From assembly GCF_021054785.1 (NCBI RefSeq), contig NZ_CP088239.1, forward strand, positions 1,290,001 to 1,322,000: a stretch of DNA of 32,000 nucleotides. The letters run 5' to 3'. Shown here one piece after another: positions 24,108 through 32,000 of this stretch. Source of the stretch: Tannockella kyphosi (lineage in GTDB: Bacteria > Bacillota_I > Bacilli_A > Erysipelotrichales > Coprobacillaceae). Under the pieces are notes generated by a model. The model was not told where the DNA came from. It ran no database searches and saw nothing but the letters and a program-made list of their open reading frames with translations. The translations under genes and the position numbers were made by a program. How positions within the stretch are numbered: the stretch's first letter is position 1; every line of letters begins with the position of its first letter.

Positions 24108-24917
24108 TTACCCTAAGAAACCAATATAACTTAAAGCAACCCCTAAAACCATTACTCCCATAATTAAGATATTTGGTGTCATTTTTTTCTTTCCTAATAA
24201 ATAGTATAACACACCTACTAATACTACAGGTAATAATGAAGGTAAAATAGTATCAAATACTGATTGTAATGTTAGTGTAACATCTCCTGTTTGGAAAACT
24301 GTAACACAGTTTGCTTTTACTACTGTTGGTATTAATCCACCAACTACTGTTAAACCTAATACTGTAGCTCCAGCTGTTACTTGGTTCATTTTTTCTGCAA
24401 TATTTGTAACTAATTTTGTTCCTTGTTTAAACGCTACTTCAAAACTGAAATATCTAAATAATAAAATTCCAATATTCACTGCAATCCATAATAGAACTCC
24501 AGCTGGATTTCCTTCTAATGCAAGATATGCAGCAATCGAACCAAAGATAGTAGGAATTAACACACCTGTAATACTATCTCCAACACCTGCTAAAGGTCCC
24601 ATTAAACCTGTTTTTAACCCTGCTACTGCTTCTTTTGCATCAGATCCTTGTACTACTTCTGTTGCAGCTCCTGTTGCAACGATAATATGTCCAAATACTG
24701 GATTTGTATTAAAGAATTTAGAATGAATTTCTAACATCTCTAATCTTTCTTCTTTGTTTGGATATAATTTATAAATTAAAGGTAACATTGAATATAGATA
24801 TCCTGGTCCCATCATTGTTTGATAGTTCCAACATATTTGATTTGTAAAAATCCATCTTCTACTTACTTCACGTAATTCTTTTTTTGTTAGTTCATTATTC
24901 TTCATATTCACCATCAT
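24108..24917 (-). CDS. PTS mannose/fructose/sorbose-family EIID
   Basis: The membrane protein has the family N-terminus ...LTKKELREVSRRW. The track start is 24935. I prefer ATG 24917 or 24914, which has GAAGGAGG 5-8 nt upstream. Confidence 0.85.
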   Translation of the reverse strand: MMVNMKNNELTKKELREVSRRWIFTNQICWNYQTMMGPGYLYSMLPLIYKLYPNKEERLEMLEIHSKFFNTNPVFGHIIVATGAATEVVQGSDAKEAVAGLKTGLMGPLAGVGDSITGVLIPTIFGSIAAYLALEGNPAGVLLWIAVNIGILLFRYFSFEVAFKQGTKLVTNIAEKMNQVTAGATVLGLTVVGGLIPTVVKANCVTVFQTGDVTLTLQSVFDTILPSLLPVVLVGVLYYLLGKKKMTPNILIMGVMVLGVALSYIGFLG

Positions 24918-25698
24918 AGTATCCTCCTTCAGCATTATTTACTGGTCCTGAAGCTGTTGCTAGTACAGGATTATTTAATGATTTGAAAATTAAAATTGCT
25001 GCTGCACTACCAAAGATTGCAATCCCTGTGATTGATAATCCTAAATAAGCTCCTAAACCAAATCCAATTAATAAGAATGGTAATCTTTCTTTTACTGGTA
25101 AATAACGTAACAAGATTGCAATCCCTACTGCTGGTAATAAACCACCAGCTACACTTAAACCAGATGTTAACCATGTTGGAATATTTTCAGTAATGAAAGT
25201 TACTACTTCACTACCAAACACTAACATTAAGAACATTGGTACAGCTCTTGATAATCCCCATGTAAAGATCCCACAACGAACTGTTCTTTCAATTCCTTTA
25301 CGATCATCATTTTTAACATGTTTATCAATTTTATCCGCTAAGAATACATTTAAATATCTTGCTAAGATGTCTAATTGAACCATTAATAAACCTACTGGTA
25401 CTGCTAAAGCAATACCAAATGAAGCATCTTCCCCTGCTAATACTGCATAAACTGTCCCAATAATTGCTCCAGTTGTATAATCAGGAATTGATGATCCCCC
25501 AAATGTAGAGATACCTAAGATCATTAATTGTAAAGTTCCCCCTACGATTAATCCTGTTTCTAAATCTCCCATAATTAATCCAGTAATCATACCATACATT
25601 ACTGGTTGTGTTTTGAAAACAGCAATTGATAATACCTCGGGTTGGCATAAAAATGCGATTATGGTAATAACAACGACTTGCCAAGTAGCGATTTCCAT
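24895..25698 (-). CDS. PTS mannose-family EIIC
   Basis: 267 aa and polytopic. It sits between the IIAB and IID genes, overlapping both. Confidence 0.85.
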   Translation of the reverse strand: MEIATWQVVVITIIAFLCQPEVLSIAVFKTQPVMYGMITGLIMGDLETGLIVGGTLQLMILGISTFGGSSIPDYTTGAIIGTVYAVLAGEDASFGIALAVPVGLLMVQLDILARYLNVFLADKIDKHVKNDDRKGIERTVRCGIFTWGLSRAVPMFLMLVFGSEVVTFITENIPTWLTSGLSVAGGLLPAVGIAILLRYLPVKERLPFLLIGFGLGAYLGLSITGIAIFGSAAAILIFKSLNNPVLATASGPVNNAEGGYYDGEYEE

Positions 25699-26672
25699 TA
25701 TAATCCACCTCTTTCTATATTGTTAATAAAGCTCATAATATTTGTTTCATCATCTGATGGCACCATTTGTGCTGTAATAGTAACTCCATTTTTCATCAAT
25801 TCATTGATTTGATTAATTTCTTCATCATATAAATAAACTGTTTTCTTTAAAGCTACTGTATCAGGATGTTTTGAACAGTTCCCAACATTAAATTTATCTA
25901 CATTAAGACCTGCTTCAATTAAAGAATAAACAACGTTTGGTCTCTTAACTAATAATAATACTTTTTCACCTTTGTATTGACCTGCATTAATTCTTTTTAA
26001 TGCACCTTTTTTTGTCAAAATACTTAATTTTACATTGTTAGGAGCAGCTGTACGTAAAGCTACTTTTGTAACTTCATCTTTACAAGTTGCATCATCTACA
26101 ACTAAGATTCTAGTTGCTTTCGTAACATTCGTCCACATTGTTGCAACTTGTCCATGAATTAATCTCTCATCCACACGGATATGAGCGATTCCCTTATCAT
26201 TCATGCTTTCATCTTTGCAACTATCTAAGTTAGCTTCTAAATTAAATCCAGTAGAACTAACTTTAGGGGCATTTGCTTGTTTCTCTTTGGAAACAACACT
26301 TACCTCTTTTAAATTTTTAAATAACTTCACATATTCTACACTATCTTTTATTGCATCTTCTAATGAATCATTCATTGATAAAATAATACATAATGATAAT
26401 GATACTCCTGCAACTACTGGTACTGTTGGATATTTGGCTTGTAATTCCATGGCACAATTAAATGGTGTCCCACCAATAATATCTACTAATATCGTTACAT
26501 CTTTTTCATCATACTTTTTAATACATTGCTCGATTTCTAATACAACGTCTTCCTTAGACATCGTTTCTAGAAAGCTAACAGGTTCAAATTTCCCTAAATC
26601 TCCTGTTATCATATGGCAGCTATTAATACACTCTACTGCATAATGACCATGAGATACTACTATGTATTTCAT
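25698..26672 (-). CDS. PTS mannose-family fused EIIA-EIIB
   Basis: The IIA N-terminus reads MKYIVVSHGHYA (phospho-His region). The IIB motif is RVDERLIHGQVAT. The track start at 26681 has only 2 nt of RBS spacing. ATG 26672 has GGAAGGAA 8 nt upstream. Confidence 0.85.
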   Translation of the reverse strand: MKYIVVSHGHYAVECINSCHMITGDLGKFEPVSFLETMSKEDVVLEIEQCIKKYDEKDVTILVDIIGGTPFNCAMELQAKYPTVPVVAGVSLSLCIILSMNDSLEDAIKDSVEYVKLFKNLKEVSVVSKEKQANAPKVSSTGFNLEANLDSCKDESMNDKGIAHIRVDERLIHGQVATMWTNVTKATRILVVDDATCKDEVTKVALRTAAPNNVKLSILTKKGALKRINAGQYKGEKVLLLVKRPNVVYSLIEAGLNVDKFNVGNCSKHPDTVALKKTVYLYDEEINQINELMKNGVTITAQMVPSDDETNIMSFINNIERGGL

Positions 26673-26700
26673 ATTCCACATTCCTTCCTGTTCCTATTTG

Positions 26701-26714
26701 GTTATGCGCTTTCA
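26701..26714. promoter_or_regulatory. Possible cre (CcpA) half-matching site upstream of the PTS operon
   Basis: The minus strand reads TGAAAGCGCATAAC. The left half and centre match the cre consensus TGWAANCG. The right half has 2 mismatches. Confidence 0.25.
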
Positions 26715-26859
26715 ACCTACTTACATGGTACTCTTAAAAAGTATCCATTAAAATAGATAAATATCAACATTATATGTTAAAATGTTTCCTATTATCTATA
26801 GCATTTTTTTTGCGACTATGCAATAATTATTACATAACTTATCGATAAAGGAGAAACTT

Positions 26860-27699
26860 ATGCGATTATTGTGGAAGAAATATAAAAAGAATTGTTTTGA
26901 TATTAATGTTGATGAATGTGGGATTCATCAATATGCACTAACTGATAAATATTGCTATACTGTAACACAAGAATATGTATTACATTATGTTGAAGAAGGA
27001 ATTGGATATATTGAAACAGAAGGGAAAAAGTATATTGTTCAAAAAGATGAATTCTTCTTATTAAAAAAAGGAATGTCTATTACTTATTATGCAGATTTTA
27101 TAAATCCTTGGCGTTATTGTTGGATTGGATTTAGTGGTTCCCTTCCTATTAAGTATCTAAAAAAGAGTTTCAATAAAAAGGAATGTGTCTTTAAAGTGTC
27201 TGAAAAGTCAAATTTAGCTCAATTATTAATGGATTTTACGCATTCTATACATGAAAATGAGTCTTTAGATACGGAATTGTATCGATTAAAACACATTCAT
27301 AAAATTTTCTTTGATCTTTGTAAAGAATTTGAAATTGAAGATGATTCCTCTAGTATAGAGATTATTAATAAGATATTTGAAACAGCACTAGCTTATGTAA
27401 ACAAGAACTTCTGTGACTCTATTAATATTGCTGATGTTTGTGATCATCTAAATATTACAAGAAGTTATTTATATAAATTGTTTATGCAATACATGGGAAT
27501 TTCTCCTCAAACATACCTAATTCAAATCCGTTTATATCATGCTAGTAGACTATTAATTACCACGAACACTTCAATAAAAGAGATTGCTTATGCTTCTGGT
27601 TATATTGATCAGTTACAATTCTCTTCTCAATTCAAAAAGAATTATTTAGTTTCTCCAAAAGAATATCGTAATAAATATTCTAAACACAACAATTCATAA
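26860..27699 (+). CDS. AraC-family transcriptional regulator
   Basis: 279 aa with an N-terminal cupin-like sensing half. The C-terminal double HTH reads ...ADVCDHLNITRSYLYKLFMQYMGISPQTYLIQIRLYHASRLL...IKEIAYASGYIDQLQFSSQFKK. AAAGGAGA forms the RBS. Confidence 0.88.
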   Translation: MRLLWKKYKKNCFDINVDECGIHQYALTDKYCYTVTQEYVLHYVEEGIGYIETEGKKYIVQKDEFFLLKKGMSITYYADFINPWRYCWIGFSGSLPIKYLKKSFNKKECVFKVSEKSNLAQLLMDFTHSIHENESLDTELYRLKHIHKIFFDLCKEFEIEDDSSSIEIINKIFETALAYVNKNFCDSINIADVCDHLNITRSYLYKLFMQYMGISPQTYLIQIRLYHASRLLITTNTSIKEIAYASGYIDQLQFSSQFKKNYLVSPKEYRNKYSKHNNS

Positions 27700-27794
27700 A
27701 AAGAAACAAAAATACATAAATTAACTCTATTATCCTATATCTTTTTCTTTGTCTACACTTATAATTTAGTTATCAATATTAAAGGAGAAATTAT

Positions 27795-30770
27795 ATGAAT
27801 TATTTATCATTATTAACAAACCTAAATAAAAGTTCATTAAATATCATGCCATATAGAACATATTATGTTCCATATGCATCAAATAATGAAGCTCTTTATA
27901 GTATCAACAGAGTAGACTCATCTCTATTTACTTTATTAAATGGAATATGGGATTTTGAGTTTATTGCAAACATTCATTCATTACCTAATTCTTTTTGGAA
28001 TACTGGAACAATGGAATGCAATGATAAGATTGAAGTACCTTCATGTATTCAATCTGTTGGATATGATCATCATCAATATACGAATGTATCTTATCCTATT
28101 GCTTTTGATCCTCCTTATGTCCCAGATGTGAATCCTGGAGCATATTACCAAAAGAGTATAATTATTAGTGGAGAACAATTAGAAAGAGATTGTAGTGTTG
28201 TATTTGAAGGAGTAGATAGTTGTTTTTATTTATGGGTTAATAATCAATTTGTAGGTTTTGATCAAGTTCCTCATTCTACTACAGAATTCCTTTTAAATGA
28301 CTATCTTAAAGAAGGCAAAAATACAATTCAAGTTCTTGTTGTAAAGTGGTGTGTTGGTACTTATTTTGAGGATCAAGATAAGTTCCGTTTTACAGGTATT
28401 TTTGGAGATGTTTATTTGCTTTCGAGACCTAAAAATCATTGTACAGATATTTTCTTGAAGACTGTTATAAATCAAGCTGAAAATAGTGGAACATTATCTA
28501 TCTCTATTCCAAACTATCAAAAAGAAGTACAGGTTACTATATATAATAAAGAAAAAGAAGTTGTATTATCAACTACTTCTTTAAATAATGAATTTAATTT
28601 ATTAATTGAAGATTGTCAGTATTGGAATTGTGAAACACCTTATCTATATACTGTAATTATAGAAATAAACAATGAACATATTCCTTTTAAAGTTGGGTTT
28701 AGAACAGTACGCATTGAAAAAGGACATGTACTTATTAATAATACTTCTATTAAATTATATGGTGTTAATTTCCATGATAGTAACCCAAAAACAGGTGCTA
28801 CTGTTACATTAGAGGATCATAGAAAAGATCTATTACTAATGAAAGAACATCACATTAACGCTATTAGAACTGCACATTATCCTAAGACTCCTGAATTTTA
28901 TGAATTATGCGATGAATTAGGTTTCTATGTTATGAGTGAGGCTGATTTAGAGTGTCATGGTGTGGTTGATTTATATGGTGTGAATTTAAATGCAAATTAT
29001 AATATGCTTGCTGATGATCCGATTTATGAAACAATTATGGTTGATCGTATTGTTCGTATGATTTCTTCTTTACATAACTTTAGTTCCATTGTTAGTTGGT
29101 CTATGGGAAATGAATCTGGTTATGGTTGTAACTTTGAAAAAGGTTTATTACTAGCAAGACAATTAGATGATTCTCGTTTGTTACACTATGAAGGATTATG
29201 TAGAGATAAAGAAGCAGCAGATATTGTAATGAAGTATAGTGATTTATATAGTAGGATGTATTGGAGCAAAGAGTTAATCACAGAGTTTTTTGATAATAAT
29301 GAAGAAGTACCATTTATCTTATGTGAATATTCTCATGCGATGGGAAATAGTTCTGGTGATTTAAAAATGTATTATGATTTAATGCAACAATATGATTGTT
29401 TTGTGGGTGGATTTATTTGGGAATGGTGTGATCATGCCATGGTAATGAATACATCATCTAATGAAGATATTTATGGTTATGGTGGTGATTTTGATGACTT
29501 CCCTCACTTTAGTAATTTCTGTTTGGATGGATTGGTATATCCTGATAGAACCCCTCATACTGGATTAAAAGAATATCAAGCCATTCATCTTCCTATTTCT
29601 TTAATTTCTCATAATCATAATAGTTTTACTATTAAAAATAACTATGATTTTATTCATGCTGGAAAGGCTTATGATGGTTATTATCGTTATAGTATTGATG
29701 GGAAACCAGAAAATTGGGTAAAGGTGAATTTGGATTATTTAAAACCTCAAGAAATAGTTACTTTACCTTTAGTAAAAACACCGAATGGTAATGTCGTTAC
29801 TTTTGAATGGACTATTCAAAAAAATGACACAATCCCTTCTGTTCATGGAGATTATGGAATTCAACAACGTATATTAATAAATAACCCTAACTCTTTAGAA
29901 TCTATAAAATCATCAAAAGACTTACAAATCAAAGAAAATGGTCTTAACTATATACTGTATGGAGATAACTTCCAATACACTTATAATCCCCATATTGGTG
30001 GTTTCTCTAGTTTATGTGTCCATGATACAGAATTATTAGAAGCCCCGACTAGTTGGAATATTTGGCGTGCACCTATCGATAATGATCGTAAAATACAAAA
30101 AGAATGGCGTGAGGCTGGTTTTGATCGCACAATATTAAAACATTATCAAACAAGCATCAATAAAGAAGATCAATGCATTGTAATTTCTACAACTTTTGGT
30201 TTTACTGCTTTATATTTGCAACGTATTTTAACTGTTGATGTTAAATGGACTATCTGGTCTAATGGGAAAATAGATTGTCACACTGATGCATCGAAAGCAC
30301 CTTTATTTCCATCATTACCTAGATTTGGAATATGTTTCCCTTTAATAGAACAGTTCTCTCAATTTGAATATTTTGGATATGGACCTTATGAAAGTTATCA
30401 AGATAAACATCATGCTAGCTATCTAGGAAAATTCTTTTCTACGACAAAAGATAATTTTGAAAATTATATCAAACCTCAAGAAAATGGTAGTCATTTCCAA
30501 ACAACAAACGCTATCATAAAAGGAAACACAAACAAAATAGAAATAAATTGTATGGATACATGCTTATTGAATATGTCACCATATTCAATAGAACAACTAT
30601 CATCCATCACCCATAACCATGAATTACCTTCTTCATCAACAAATTATTTACACTTAGATTATCGTCAAAATGGTATTGGATCTAATAGTTGTGGCCCTTT
30701 CTTAGCTCCAGAACTAAGCTTTGAAGAACGTTCTTTTCATTGGGGATTCAGTTTACATATTAACGACTAA
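27795..30770 (+). CDS. lacZ: GH2 beta-galactosidase (LacZ-type), cytoplasmic
   Basis: 991 aa. The acid/base motif is MGNESGYG and the nucleophile motif is ILCEYSHAMGNS. It has a C-terminal Bgal_small_N-like region and no signal peptide. AAAGGAGA forms the RBS. Confidence 0.88.
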   Translation: MNYLSLLTNLNKSSLNIMPYRTYYVPYASNNEALYSINRVDSSLFTLLNGIWDFEFIANIHSLPNSFWNTGTMECNDKIEVPSCIQSVGYDHHQYTNVSYPIAFDPPYVPDVNPGAYYQKSIIISGEQLERDCSVVFEGVDSCFYLWVNNQFVGFDQVPHSTTEFLLNDYLKEGKNTIQVLVVKWCVGTYFEDQDKFRFTGIFGDVYLLSRPKNHCTDIFLKTVINQAENSGTLSISIPNYQKEVQVTIYNKEKEVVLSTTSLNNEFNLLIEDCQYWNCETPYLYTVIIEINNEHIPFKVGFRTVRIEKGHVLINNTSIKLYGVNFHDSNPKTGATVTLEDHRKDLLLMKEHHINAIRTAHYPKTPEFYELCDELGFYVMSEADLECHGVVDLYGVNLNANYNMLADDPIYETIMVDRIVRMISSLHNFSSIVSWSMGNESGYGCNFEKGLLLARQLDDSRLLHYEGLCRDKEAADIVMKYSDLYSRMYWSKELITEFFDNNEEVPFILCEYSHAMGNSSGDLKMYYDLMQQYDCFVGGFIWEWCDHAMVMNTSSNEDIYGYGGDFDDFPHFSNFCLDGLVYPDRTPHTGLKEYQAIHLPISLISHNHNSFTIKNNYDFIHAGKAYDGYYRYSIDGKPENWVKVNLDYLKPQEIVTLPLVKTPNGNVVTFEWTIQKNDTIPSVHGDYGIQQRILINNPNSLESIKSSKDLQIKENGLNYILYGDNFQYTYNPHIGGFSSLCVHDTELLEAPTSWNIWRAPIDNDRKIQKEWREAGFDRTILKHYQTSINKEDQCIVISTTFGFTALYLQRILTVDVKWTIWSNGKIDCHTDASKAPLFPSLPRFGICFPLIEQFSQFEYFGYGPYESYQDKHHASYLGKFFSTTKDNFENYIKPQENGSHFQTTNAIIKGNTNKIEINCMDTCLLNMSPYSIEQLSSITHNHELPSSSTNYLHLDYRQNGIGSNSCGPFLAPELSFEERSFHWGFSLHIND

Positions 30771-30783
30771 AATAGATATCAAT

Positions 30784-30808
30784 AAAAGACAGCCAAAAGC
30801 TGTCTTTT
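30784..30808. terminator. Bidirectional terminator between lacZ and the convergent ABC-F gene
   Basis: AAAAGACAGC pairs with GCTGTCTTTT around a CAAAA loop. Confidence 0.75.
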
Positions 30809-30866
30809 ATGTTACTCTAAATTATCTTATATTCATAATTCTCGAACAATCGATGACTTATCTTCA

Positions 30867-32000
30867 TTATATAATTTTAGTAGAACATTCTTCTAAATTA
30901 ATAACTTCATCTACGATTGGTAAATAGAATTCAGGTTCATGACTAACTAAAATAATAGCTCCTTTAAACGCTAATAAAGCTTCTTGCAATGCATCTTTTG
31001 CATCTACATCTAAGTGGTTAGTAGGTTCATCTAATACTAATACATTACTAGCACGATTCATAATCACACATAGTCTAGCTTTTGCATTTTCACCACCAGA
31101 TAATACTTTTACTAGTGATTCAATATGGTCTGTTGTTAACCCACATTTAGCAAGCATACTACGGATTTCTCCATTACCACGATCAGGATATTCATCCCAT
31201 AAATAATTGAATGTAGTTTTGTTAATATCGCCTTCTTCTTGTTTAAAGAATCCTATTTCTACAAAAGGATCTTTTTCAACATGACCACTATATGGTTCTA
31301 ACATCCCAATAATTGTTTTTAGTAATGTTGTTTTTCCTAAACCATTGACACCCTTTATTGCTACCTTTTTATTTCTTTCAAATTCTAAATTCATTGGTTT
31401 GGTTAAAGGTGAATCGTATCCTATCACTAAATCACTACATTGAAATAATACTTTTCCTGGTGTTCTAGCTTCTAAGAAATGAAAAGTTGGTTTGATTTTT
31501 TCTTTTGGTTTAGATAATAAATCCATCTTATCTAATTTCTTTTGACGAGAACTAGCCATATTACGAGTAGCAACTCTAGCCTTGTTTCTAGAAATAAAAT
31601 CTTCTAAATCTGCTATTTCTTTTTGTTGTTTATTATAAGCTGCTTCTTGTTGTTTGTTTTTTAGTTCTGTTTGTTCTAAATAATAATGATAGTCCCCTTT
31701 ATATCTTGTTAATCCACCATCAGATAAAGAATAAATAATATTAATAACACTATTTAAAAAAGGAATATCATGACTTACTAAAATAAAAGCATTTTCATAA
31801 TTTTTTAAGAAATTAGTTAACCAATAAATATGTTGTTCATCTAAATAGTTAGTAGGTTCATCTAATATTAAAATCATTGGATTTTCTAATAAAAGCTTTG
31901 TTAGTAATACTTTTGAACGTTGTCCACCAGATAACTCATCAACCAATTTATCCAATCCAATATCATTTAAACCTAATCCACCAGCAACTTCTTTAATCTT
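30867..32000 (-). CDS. ABC-F family ATPase (two ABC domains, no TM region), 5' end beyond the window
   Basis: The track ORF begins at a TTG (31955), but the frame stays open to 32000 (KIKEVAGGLGLNDIGLDKLVDELSGGQ...). Present are the first-domain signature LSGGQ and Walker B ILILDEPTN, a charged linker, and a second domain with GVNGLGKTT, LSGGE and LVLDEPTNHLD. Confidence 0.85.
   Translation of the reverse strand, partial: KIKEVAGGLGLNDIGLDKLVDELSGGQRSKVLLTKLLLENPMILILDEPTNYLDEQHIYWLTNFLKNYENAFILVSHDIPFLNSVINIIYSLSDGGLTRYKGDYHYYLEQTELKNKQQEAAYNKQQKEIADLEDFISRNKARVATRNMASSRQKKLDKMDLLSKPKEKIKPTFHFLEARTPGKVLFQCSDLVIGYDSPLTKPMNLEFERNKKVAIKGVNGLGKTTLLKTIIGMLEPYSGHVEKDPFVEIGFFKQEEGDINKTTFNYLWDEYPDRGNGEIRSMLAKCGLTTDHIESLVKVLSGGENAKARLCVIMNRASNVLVLDEPTNHLDVDAKDALQEALLAFKGAIILVSHEPEFYLPIVDEVINLEECSTKII

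Noticed and set aside
26203-26643. Plus-strand 146-aa ORF, along with other short internal ORFs (5328-5522, 8461-8664, 13425-13640, 17831-18058, 18652-18885, 22095-22304, 23816-24010, 25193-25378, 25481-25708, 27940-28131, 28293-28475, 30721-30927 and 16642-16830).
   Set aside because: All lie inside, antisense to, or out of frame with confidently assigned genes. None has recognisable motifs or ribosome-binding sites. Such ORFs are expected by chance in AT-rich DNA.
1-32000. CRISPR arrays, tRNA or rRNA genes.
   Set aside because: I found no regularly spaced short repeats apart from the three-unit operator array at 5097-5180. I found no GC-rich cloverleaf-like segments and no rRNA-like conserved blocks by eye. 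A tRNAscan or Infernal run would be needed to exclude small RNAs formally.

Overview
This is an AT-rich (about 30% G+C by eye) chromosomal segment from a low-GC Bacillota-like organism, possibly Erysipelotrichia or Clostridia; that guess is weak. Most genes are on the minus strand. All product calls come from reading motifs in the supplied translations, because no searches were possible.

Layout from left to right:
1. A partial MalT/LuxR-type STAND regulator (1-1567).
2. A 5'-truncated surface-protein fragment (1678-2181).
3. IS200/IS605 copy 1 with tnpA and tnpB (2182-4420, plus strand).
4. A 3'-truncated AAA/DUF4143 ATPase (4421-5072).
5. A marR plus heterodimeric ABC exporter operon (5225-9751).
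6. proB, proA and a C_GCAxxG_C_C gene (9828-12595).
7. A 5'-truncated MATE gene (12665-13943).
8. IS200/IS605 copy 2 (13944-16181, minus strand).
9. Housekeeping genes: tag, an ArAE-like membrane protein, an acyl-ACP thioesterase and bcp (16199-18653).
10. A small accessory islet (18697-21350): a PH-like membrane protein, an AbiEi/AbiEii module whose toxin carries one in-frame TGA, and a decayed duplicate of the membrane gene.
11. A sugar-utilisation locus (21469-30770): a mannose-family PTS IIAB-IIC-IID, a leaderless Cys-type sulfatase, a radical-SAM sulfatase maturase, a divergent AraC regulator and a GH2 beta-galactosidase.
12. A partial ABC-F ATPase (30867-32000).

I saw no rRNA, tRNA or CRISPR array.

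The most unusual item is the IS element. Its 498-aa TnpB keeps the RuvC D-E-D motifs but has no zinc-ribbon cysteines, and a 210-nt non-coding tail follows it that may encode an omega-RNA. Also notable are the broken genes at three of the four IS junctions, the repeat-bracketed AbiE cassette, and the pairing of a PTS with a cytoplasmic sulfatase.
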